A stretch of 64,000 nucleotides of DNA from Mizuhopecten yessoensis (Eukaryota): assembly GCF_002113885.1 (NCBI RefSeq), contig NW_018405737.1, positions 428,970-492,969 on the forward strand, given 5' to 3'. Positions 52,781 to 64,000 of this stretch are shown here, piece after piece (the first letter of the stretch is position 1; every line of letters begins with the position of its first letter). Under the pieces are notes generated by a model. It saw nothing but the letters and a program-made list of their open reading frames with translations. It was not told where the DNA came from and searched no databases. The position numbers were made by a program, and so were the translations under genes.

Positions 52781-55700
52781 ATCGGCGTTCATGACACTAA
52801 CCTAATATCATTCCTGGTCAATAATTTAATAAGAATTTGTTAGCAGACCCTTAAACACGGGGACAAAATGTAAATATAAATTTAAAAAATAGTGCAAAGT
52901 TGAATGGAAACGTCGTAAAAGAAATTATGTGTAAGTCTTTTAGTCTTTATTAAAAAAGATATTTACAATCGTAAAACAAATTTGTATATTATGTTTTATA
53001 TTATTCTTTTGAGTTTAAATATAATTGTAATTAATGCATTATTTTTACTTTTACTATAGTGTAATGATATCACGGGATGAAAAATGTGCTTGAAAATAAT
53101 CACAAACGAATTAATGGTCTGTTATTGATTCCTGATTTTATTTGCTGTCACTGTTTATATGGTTTCACAATAATTATCCTCGGTACATAATGCACCGTAA
53201 AGGTACAGCCATAAAAGTTTCCTGACGTATAATAGGAAACGAAAAGATGTTGTAAATACAAATGAAGGCCGTTCAGCAAAAAAGCTAAAATTTGTATTAA
53301 AAAGTAATGTCTCAACTTCTGATCAATATTACTTTCTAAAATAAATGCTTTATCTGTTGTAAAACTATGCATTTATTTGCAATATAATATATAAATAATA
53401 AATTTGTTATTAGGAGAAGAATTAAGTGAAGCGGTCAGCATGAAATGTGAAGGCGAATGAAAGATGTACTGATCAGTGTGTTAAATCTTGAAAGTAATAT
53501 GTGAAAAGTATGTACGAAGTACTATCACGGTATGTACATTATTTAAAGTCGATTCTAGACGCTCATGTATGTATATATATCTATACATACATGTTTATGT
53601 CATACAATTTTGGAAAACATAATAAAAAAAAAAATGCATTGAGTATATGTTGTTAAAATATATCAAAAAAGAATCGACCCTTCTAAAAATATTTAATATT
53701 ATTTATTGAAATTATCTCTCATACCTCAGAGTAAACAATTCTAAATAACTTTCAATGGAGGCAGTTATTGACTTCAAGGATACACTTTTATGTTTATTGT
53801 ATTTCTCAATTTCTGATTCTTTGCATACAACTTGCTTTTATAACATTTTACCAGTTCTAAACAAACCTAACTTGCTAATTAATCAGTTTACCGTGCTTCT
53901 CATTCTTCTTGAATGTTTGAATCAACATAAACAAAACAATGCAATTAAACCTAATATTTTGTATTACATTTTTATTTAATAATGCTTTATATTGTTCACA
54001 TATAAAGTTCAATTGAGTATTTCGTACAAGGACAGGTTGTTTTCTGGATTGATGAGTTCGCTAAAAGTCTACTGTATATCCATCTTAATATAGCTTTACA
54101 ATAGTAGTATATCAGTATGTTTTTTTTTTAAATCTCTTTAGGTCTGACCACAGTGATTAAATCAAAAAGTGCTTGCCCCCTTTTTACTGTTCTTTATTAT
54201 AGCTAAGGAAATATTGAAGAGCGCCACTCGATGAGAAAAGAATTAAATATCCTTCCTTGTAGACAATGGGTGACACTTATCTTATCGGGGAAGGGCATGC
54301 TGCATATCGTTGACTCTTGATCCTCAACCACAGTGTCATACATCACTTGCCTACAAGGATGTTTTCCTCCTGTTGCAAGCCGAGAACAGATAATATCTCT
54401 TCAAGTGTAACAAAACATTGAAAGGCGATAACGTCTCTTGTAATTATTGAAATGAACTTAATGGATAACTTTTTTTTCATATCTGGATTTTTTTTTATAT
54501 AAAATACAATGGAGTAAAGTCAAGTAAAAAATGCAAAAGTACGAAGTACAAAAATGTAGCTAATAACATCCCATTTAAGGTCCTGTCGTGACCTACTTTG
54601 GTGACGTCTACTATTTTCATCGACTTAAATACTGAAATAATATATCTTTATCGATAATCAGTCAACACGTGTCAGATACCTTTCAATCGTATGATGATAA
54701 TCCTGATTACTACGGTAAGTATATATCAGAAGGGCATCGTACTAAAAGTAATTCCCATAGCGAATCCTAATGTAAGAGAACAATGACAACTTATCCACAC
54801 ATATATACAAAGAGACCAACAATCAGGTAATATGTTAGAAATAATAGCTGTACCTAACGACAACACATTGAGACAGTTTGGAAGACGCAATGGATACGTA
54901 AATCAAACAAAAGAAACAGCGAAGGCATCGAAATAAAAGCAAAGGCAACATAATCCCCTCAAATTGGCATTGAGGAAGTTTTGTTGTGTTATTACAGTGG
55001 TAATGGCCTCTCAACACAGATGAAGTCATTTTGGCCAATAAAACTGTAATAAAGTATGTTAAAGGAAATGCCATCAGACAAACGAAAAGGTAATCAGCAA
55101 ACGTCCAGCATTGATGATATTTAACTATTTCGATAAGAGATTTGGGATTTGTGAAATGATAAACAATTTCTCTTGTTTGTTTAAGGTCAATGCAATTACT
55201 GTAATTGGTTCCCCGCTGTCATTGCTCCTTTTCTAATAGACGAAAGTTTGTCCGTTATTAATCAGTTCATCACTAAATGTGTACATATTAAGAAGTTTGA
55301 AAATAATGAACGACCATAAGTCAGTATAGATTTTAGTTAAAATCATAAATTGTTTTCCATATAGCATGTCTTATTACAATCGACCTGACACACGTGGTAT
55401 AATATATTACATAGTACCTATTGATCAAACAAATTACTGCATAAAACGATTTAACAGTCTTCTGATATCATAACAATCCTAGTACAAAAGGGGGAAAAAA
55501 TCGAACAAAAATATAAAAGGTAATTATTGTACTATTGTACTACAGAAAACTAACACAAATCTGCTAGGGATCTATGCAGAGTGGTTTGTGCATTTATCGC
55601 TATGGTAGAGGGCCTGCATTGGACTTGTACGCATTATGCGCATGTATTTACCAATTTCATGGCTAACCATCAAAAGAACATTGTCACTGACAATAATTGC

Positions 55701-58539
55701 TAGGAGCCTTTAACCAAAAACCGACCTTAGCTTTCTTCTTTAACTGATGTTTCGTGCAATCGATACAGACATTTATGTTCATGCTTCTCTTGTACCAAAT
55801 TGTGTATGACGTGATGCGAGACATTACATCACACACAATATACATCAGGTAAAGGACGTGCATTTGGTCGATGAACACGCATGCGCATCAACGACATTGA
55901 GGATATCAAATGATCGAATAAAACGATTCGAGTAGTTTGAAGTTTGCCTACATTTGATACATAAATGAAAATTCAAAACACTTATTGGGTAAAAGCTAAA
56001 TATTGATAAACGAGTGTGACACATGTCTCTGGAACATTTTTATGGCCACGTTTGTAACTTATCTGATCAAAAGAAAAGACTGTCTAGGCAGAACTTGTAA
56101 ATGGTATCCAGACCCTGTTCTGCATTGATGATGCTGATGTGCACGACTCAAGAGGGGAGATGACTTTACTCATTTCGAGTTTCAGTCCATTTTTAATTAT
56201 CTATTGACGTGTATAGGATACAAAATACAGACATAAAATAAAAGTGCAACGCATGAGCGGCACTACGTCATGGAAAATGTCTATATTAGTATGTCCGTGG
56301 TCTGGATCCATGTATACAAGGTGCTTTGAACACTTACTTATGTAAATATGGTTGACAAGCTTTTCATTAGTTTAAATAAAAGGAAATCCTGTTCATTACA
56401 GATGATATTTATCTTAATGCTGTATTGTGAACAGTTGATAAATAATAACCTAACTTACTACTGTATTATTATATTAAAACTTTTTCTATTTTCTACAGTC
56501 ACTTGTTTATCGTTAACATAATACGAATAAAGAATTAAACGAAAAGATTATTGAGTTTAGTTTCATAAATATACAGAATATAAAAACCGTTCACAGAAAA
56601 CAAACACTGTAAAATGTCATCAGCGTTACTGGAAGAGGTAATATTTACCATGTTAATTGCAAAATTGCAAGCTTAAATCTAAATCCGAGACACATATCAA
56701 AATAAACTGTACGTGATAGAAGAATAAAGCAGGAATCGGGGAAGGTTTTTGAATGCTGTAGATAAATAGAATTTTATCGAACACCACTTGTGTAGCTCCG
56801 TTTTAATTACACATGAGGAGACCTGCATATGCAGTTAATTAGGTTTTTATCAGTAAAGTGGGTACGGAATGATATTATGTAGGTAATGGTATCTTTATGA
56901 TATAAAAATGTTCACAATTTTGACGTAAACAGTCAATGAAGAACAATTTTATTGTCTGTGAAGAGTTTATATTATTGTTTCTGTTGTTTTATTTATGTCA
57001 ACAGTACATTTTAACTTTACATGAAGCCTCCCATAGTCTTTACATACAACTCGAAGTGCTGGACGTTTTGCTTTAGGAAAATACTGATAATGATATTATA
57101 GTTTTCTTAGTTCATCTTGTTGGTTTAAAAAAACACCGCAAATATCATAAGATGCTTTTTCTAAAGACGAAGCTTTCCAGGGATTTATATAGGGTCTCCC
57201 TTTGTTTCTACGATGAGAGTTTTTTCATGATAAACCTGATGCAGTATGACATTAATTTCATGAATACTCAATGATGCCCTGGTTTTTAAAAGTAGGACTT
57301 TCATTAGTTTGTGTACTGTATGACATACGCAAACGTCGGTCATATAGCAGGTGCATGTAAACAAGACGTCACAACGACCGGGACACATCAAACACACAGA
57401 GTTCTAGTATCGAACATAAAACGGCACACAGGAATTCCATTTACACGTGATATGTTTAGGTGTATTTAATTAAAAATATATTACATCCGTCAGAAATGCA
57501 TATTACTTGCATGCATTGTAAGCTTAATGGCAAAAAATAAACGGTAGTTTCGTTAGTTATATGACCCTTTTCTTACATATTCATGGTAACACAATGGTAG
57601 TATCACAGGGGAAGCAATTTCTCATTTAAAGGTTTTTTTTATCTAAAAATACGTAAAATTGCCCACAATTCTGGACGTTTATACATAATGTATCCATTGA
57701 CACCCAAATGTTGCCTATGTGACCATAACAAACATTTGAGTGATATAGTTAGGGAGTGGGTTAAAATCAATGAAAACTTTGGGATTAGCAACCACGTGCG
57801 CGCGTTAATCGTCACCACACTTCACACCTTGTACTCCAGCGCCGTTGTTTCTGTGGGTGGTTTAATTTGTATGAGATTACTACCAGCTATTAAAAAGGGC
57901 TCTTAGTGGTGCTAGTCTCTTGATTGCCAGTGTACCCGATTACATACGCAGCGTGGGTCTTAGTTATAACTCTCTGATATTAACAGCACATTTCAGTTCA
58001 GATAAAAATCTATTGCCTTTGATCTACGTTATCTTAATATCTTCCAATTTGAACTTTTCCAACTTTTGCGGAGAGGAATGCAGCGAAATCTGACAAATAA
58101 CATAGAATTTCCTGTACCGTGATTTGAGGGCAACAGAAACATCATAAGTGAGCAAGGACAGGATCCGAACTCAATGAAGGGTATAGAAGAATCACCAACA
58201 ACAAACAGAAGTGCCGAAACAATGTTATCCAGAAGAGCAAAGGGTTTCCTGAACCATTAGTGGTAACAGTCATATTCGAGAAATTTCGTAGTTCACCAAC
58301 GACCTAAGTTTTAAGAACAAATCTTTAGTCACATAAAGCATATCAATCTCACTTAACACAGGAAAGCATGCACGATGTTGACCTTACCAGGATAAATTGA
58401 AACATCTCAGGCAGGAACCCTTGTGTACTGATCAGCAATACACAGCTCTCCAAAAGGTCATGATAACAGGCTAATGTGAAACATTGTTACTTGTGCTAAC
58501 GATAAAAGCAAAGTTAATCTGTCACAATTTTAATTAAGA

Positions 58540-61500
58540 ACATTATTGTTATACTCTAGTTAACTGTTATAAAGCTTAGTAGTGAGGTGATCATTATTGT
58601 CATATAGTAGGTAACTGTTACACCTGTACAAAGTTATGTAGTGAGATAACCATTATTGTTATACTCTAGGTAATTGTTATAGAGTTCGGTAGTGAGGTGA
58701 CATTTATTGTTATAATCTAGGTAACTGTTATAGAGTTTGGTAGTAAGAAGACAGTTATTGTTATACTCTAGGTAGCTGTTATAGAGTTCGGTAGTGAGGT
58801 GATAGTTATTGTTATACTCTAGGTAAGTGTTATAGAGTTCGGTAGTGAGGTGACAGTTATTGTTATACTCTAGGTACCTGTTATAGAGTTCGGTAGTGAG
58901 GAGACAGTTATTGTTATACTCTAGGTAACTGTTATAGAGTTCGGTAGGGAGGTGACCATTATTTTTATACTCTAGGTAGTTCTTGAGTTCGGTAGTGAGG
59001 TGACAGTTATTGTTATACTCCAGGTAACTGTTATAAAGTTCGGTAGTGAGGTGACAGTTATTGTAATACTCTATGTAACTGTTATAGAGTTCGGTAGTGA
59101 GGTGACAGGTATTGTTATACTCTAGGTAACTGTTATAGAGTTCGGCAGTGAGGTGACAGTTATTGTTATACTCTAGGTAACTGTTATAGAGTTCGGTAGT
59201 GAGGTGACCATTATTTTTATACTCTAGGTAGTTCTAGAGTTCGGTAGTGAGGTGACAGTTATTGTTATACTCTAGGTAAATGTTATAGAGTTCGGTAGTG
59301 AGGTGACAGTTATTGTTATACTCTATGTAACTGTTATAGAGTTCGGTAGTGAGGTGACCATTATTGTTATACTCTAGGTAAGTGTTATGGAGTTCGGTAG
59401 TGAGGTGAGATTTTATTGTTATACTCTTGGTAACTGTTATAGAGTTCGGTAGTGAGGTGACAGTTATTGATATACTCTAGGTAACTGGTATAGAGTTCGG
59501 TAGTGAGGTGATAGTTATTGTTATACTCTATGTAACTGTTATAGAGTTCGGTAGTGAGGTGACAGTTATTGATATACTCTAGGTAACAGTTATAGAGTTC
59601 GGTAGTGAGGTGATAGTTATTGTTATACTCTAGGTAGCTGTTATAGAGTTCGGTAGTGAGGTGACAGTTATTGATATACTCTAGGTAACTGTTATAGAGT
59701 TCGGTAGTGAGGTGACCATTATTGTTATACTCTAGATAGTTCTAGAGTTCGCTAGTGAGGTGACAGTTATTGTTATACTCTAGGTAACTGTTATAGAGTT
59801 CGGTAGTGAGGTGACCATTATTGTTATACTCCAGATAAGTGTTATAGAGTTCGGTAGTGAGGTGACAGTTATTGTTATACTCTATGAAACTGTTATAGAG
59901 TTCGGTAGTAAGGTGACAGTTATTGTTATACTCTAGATAAGTGTTATAGAGTTCGGTAGTGAGGTGACCATTATTGTTATACTCTAGGAAACAGTTATAG
60001 AGTTCGGTAGTGAGGTGACCATTATTGTTATACTCTCGGTAACTGTCATAGAGTTCGGTAGTGAGGTGACCATTATTGTTATACTCTAGATATGTGTTAT
60101 AGAGTTCGGTAGTGAGGTGACAGTTATTGTTATTCTCTAGTTAGCTGTTATAGAGTTCGGTAGTGAGGTGATAGTTATTGTTATACTCTAGGTAACTGTT
60201 ATAGAGTTCGGTAGTGAGGGGACAGTTATTGTTATACTCTATGTAACTGTTATATAGTTTGGTAGTGAGGTGATAGTTATTGTTATACTCTATGTAACTG
60301 TTATATAGTTTGGTAGTGAGGTGATAGTTATTGTTATACTCTAGGTAGCTGTTATAGAGTTCGGTAGTGAGGTGAGAGTTATTGTTATACTTTATGAAAC
60401 TGTTATAGAGTTCGGTAGTGAGGTGACAGTTATTGATATACTCTAGGTACGTGGTGTAGAGTTCGGTAGTGAGGTGACAGTTATTGATATACTCTAGGTA
60501 CGTGGTATAGAGTTCGGTAGTGAGGTGACAGTTATTTATATACTCTAGGTACGTGGTATAGAGTTCGGTAGTGAGGTGACAGTTATTTATATACTCTAGG
60601 TACGTGGTATAGAGTTCGGTAGTGAGGTGACAGTTATTTATATACTCTAGGTACGTGGTATAGAGTTCGGTAGTGAGGTGACAGTTATTGTTATACTCTT
60701 TGTAACTGTTATAGAGTTCGGTATTAAGGTGACAGTTATTGATATACTCTAGGTAGCTGTTATAGAGTTCGGTAGTGAGGTGAGAGTTATTGTTATACTC
60801 TATGAAACTGTTATAGAGTTCGGTAGTGAGGTGACAGTTATTGTTATACTCCAGGTAACTGTTATAAAGTTCGGTAGTGAGGTGACAGTTATTGTTATAC
60901 TCTATGTAACTGTTATAGAGTTCGGTAGTGAGGTGACAGTTATTGTTATACTCTATGTAACTGTTATATAGTTTGGTAGTGAGGTGATAGTTATTGTTAT
61001 ACTCTAGGTAGCTGTTATAGAGTTCGGTAGTGAGGTGACAGTTATTGTTATACTCTATGTAACTGTTATAGAGTTCGGTAGTGAGGTGACAGTTATTGTT
61101 ATACTCTATGTAACTGTTATATAGTTTGGTAGTGAGGTGATAGTTATTGTTATACTCTAGGTAACTGTTATATAGTTCGGTAGTGAGGTGACAGTTATTG
61201 ATATACTCTAGGTACGTGGTATAGAGTTCGGTAGTGAGGTGACAGTTATTGATATACTCTAGGTACGTGGAATAGTTTGGTATTGAGGTGATAGTTATTG
61301 TTATACTCTAGGTAACTGTTATATAGTTCGGTAGTGAGGTGACAGTTATTGATATACTCTAGGTACGTGGTATAGAGTTCGGTAGTGAGGTGACAGTTAT
61401 TGATATACTCTAGGTACGTGGTATAGAGTTCGGTAGTGATGTGATAGTTATTGTTATACTCTAGGTAGCTGTTATAGAGTTCGGTAGTGAGGTGATAGTT

Positions 61501-61927
61501 ATTGTTATACTCTAGGTAGCTGTTATAGAGTTCGGTATTGAGGTGACAGTTATTGATATACTCTAGGTAACTGTTATAGAGTTCGGTAGTGAGGTGACAG
61601 TTATTGTTATACTCTAGGTAATTGTTATAAAGTTCGGTAGTGAGGTGATAGTTATTGTTATACTCTAGGTAACTGTTATAGAGTTCGGTAGTGAGGGGAC
61701 AGTTATTGATATACTCTAGGTAACTGTTATAGAGTTCGGTAGTGAGGTGACAGTTATTGTTATCCTCTAGGTAATTGTTATAAAGTTCGGTAGTGAGGTG
61801 ATAGTTATTGTTATACTCTAGGTAGCTGTTATAGAGGTCGGTAGTGAGGTGACAGTTATTGTTATACTCTAGGTAGCTGTTATAGAGTTCGGTAGTGAGG
61901 TGATAGTTATTGTTATACTCTAGGTAC
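58540..61927. repeat. 51-bp satellite array, ~3.4 kb (roughly 65 copies)
   Basis: Consensus GTTATAGAGTTCGGTAGTGAGGTGACAGTTATTGTTATACTCTAGGTAACT; the 17-aa periodicity of the track ORFs confirms 51 bp. Confidence 0.97.
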
Positions 61928-62684
61928 ATGTAGCTACTACAGAGTATGTTAGTGAGATGACTGATATCGTTCGATCAATTCCATCATATCAGCTTCCGGA
62001 GATGAAACTACTTTAAAGTTGATCTTAAACCATTAAAAATTTAGCTTATACAATGTACTATCAACTTTTTAGAAATGTCAACTATTTATTTAGATACGTC
62101 AGCTATTTAGGTATGATTCAAGACATGTTATTTCAATTCAAGCAACATTGGGGAGCAATAGTAACCATAGATATGTGCATATCTGTAAGCCGGCCACGCT
62201 TTGTGAAAGTAAAATCACTGTAATACAACGTTGGCATTGTTTTATTGACAAAAGTGATGCCTTTCATCATGACTGTCTTGTTGAATTTCTATTGATAATA
62301 ATAACTACTTATTATTGCCATATTAAACGTTTTATCGATATATTAAAATGGTGTAGTTTTTCACTGTTATCATAGGCCTGCAGAAACACTATTCGTACTT
62401 TATAACGTCACATCCATACATATTGGATGTTTAACGCTATTTGATGTTTTCGATTTCAAATCCCATATCGGTTAGCGCTGATGTTCATGTTTCAATGAAT
62501 GTGTGCATAGTGTTGAACGGGAGTCTGTATATGGGATCAAACAGAACATTATCGTCTCGCTGTGAACGATACAGACTTGTTACATGACAGGGTTAAGAGG
62601 GCGGTCACACGGGTCGACGGGTCCGTACTTAAACACACTGCAGATACCATAGTTAACAGAGGAGAGATACACGTGTATGGCACT

Positions 62685-63290
62685 ACATAGTACAGTAAAA
62701 TGGAACCTTACACATACATTTCACCAACATGACGCCGAACACATATAGCACACTGATATGGACCTTGCACATACATTTCACCAACATGACGCCGAACACA
62801 TATAGCACAATGATATGGACCTTACACATACATTTCACCAACATGACGCCGAACACATATAGCACACTGATATGGACCTTACACATACATTTCAACAACA
62901 CGACATCCTTCACATATAGTATACAAAATGGTACCTTACACATACATTTCAAAAACAAATCACCGTATACAAATAGAACGCAGATATGGTACCTTTCACA
63001 TACATTTCAACAACATGACGCCGAACACATATAGCACACTGATAAGGACCTTACACGTACATTTCAACAACATGACATCCTTCACATATAGTATACAAAA
63101 TGGTACCTTACACATACATTTCAAAAACAAATCACCGTATACAAATAGAACACAGATATGGTACCTTTCACATACATTTCACCAACATGACATCGTACAC
63201 ATATAGTATACAAAATGGTACATTACATATACATTTCACCAACATGACAAAATACACATATAGTATAAAAATGGTACCTTACATTTGTAC
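62685..63290. repeat. ~57-bp tandem repeat with a 172-bp higher-order unit
   Basis: ACCTTACACATACATTTCA anchor; near-identical ORFs at 62928 and 63100 are 172 bp apart. Confidence 0.92.
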
Positions 63291-64000
63291 AGTGTAATAC
63301 CGTACACAAAACACTAACCGAACCTTGCCCAGTACAATTAATTAACACAGCCGTACACAGATAATACAGTTACATGTTAGAGTAAACATGTAGCGCGCAA
63401 ATATAATATGGTACATAAAAATTAAACCGTTATAATATTTTACTTCTAAACTGTTTTCGACATATTACATAAAAGTATCCAGTTCACAAACAAAAGCTAC
63501 AGTAACTTTTAATGTAATTAGTTAGCATGATATGGTAATACTTATACAGTACACAAACAGTGTTTATTCCTTTGTGGAAGAGGAATGTTAGTCTTCATTT
63601 ATGAAATCAAACTATTTAAATTGGAAAATTTCTTTCAAAGTTTTCATTGTTTTATCTTTTTATAGCATTTTTTCCATAATTTCATTTCAACGGTATTTTC
63701 ATGATTCTAATAGTCTGCGGTATGAAGTAAGTTGTAATAAAGCGATACCATGACAGTAATCAAATAGTAAGAAAAGAATGTCAACAAATTTTGAGTTTTA
63801 TATGAGTTAGCTAAAAAGTATAGCTATTCTAATGAGACATCCACCGGTGATGTAACAGAAACATTTTACATAGTCACATGACGACAATAAAATCATACTT
63901 AGAAATTTGTATGCACGGAACACGAGGTTTTGAATCAGTACACAAAATTAAAACAACGCCACTTAACGCCTACATCATCATCCAGGATGTTTATCTAAGC

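Overview
AT-rich eukaryotic (metazoan) genomic DNA, most consistent with a lophotrochozoan and probably a bivalve mollusc, judging by the protein sequence and repeat types (inference). The only protein-coding gene I can support is a two-exon NK4/Nkx2-5/tinman-class homeobox gene on the minus strand. Exon 1 CDS is 12754-12172, a phase-1 intron of about 10 kb follows, and exon 2 CDS is 2185-1641, giving 375 aa with a TN/eh1 motif, Tyr54 homeodomain, NK2-SD and terminal GIRAW. The roughly 51 kb upstream has no recognisable CDS. It holds tRNA-derived SINEs, decayed probable Penelope-associated repeats with a hammerhead-ribozyme core, long palindromes and many 27-97 bp tandem arrays. Best leads: a 5x hairpin/ETS array with an invariant core in the NK4 3' UTR; an in-frame alternative splice donor; enrichment of NK2-binding sites in the gene's own intron, plus NK/GATA/TEAD clusters; a hammerhead core whose missing helix-I partner sits 2.4 kb away; a perfect 45-bp palindrome; and candidate non-coding exons. 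I did not find evidence of a wholly new coding system, and the regulatory and RNA leads are hypotheses.
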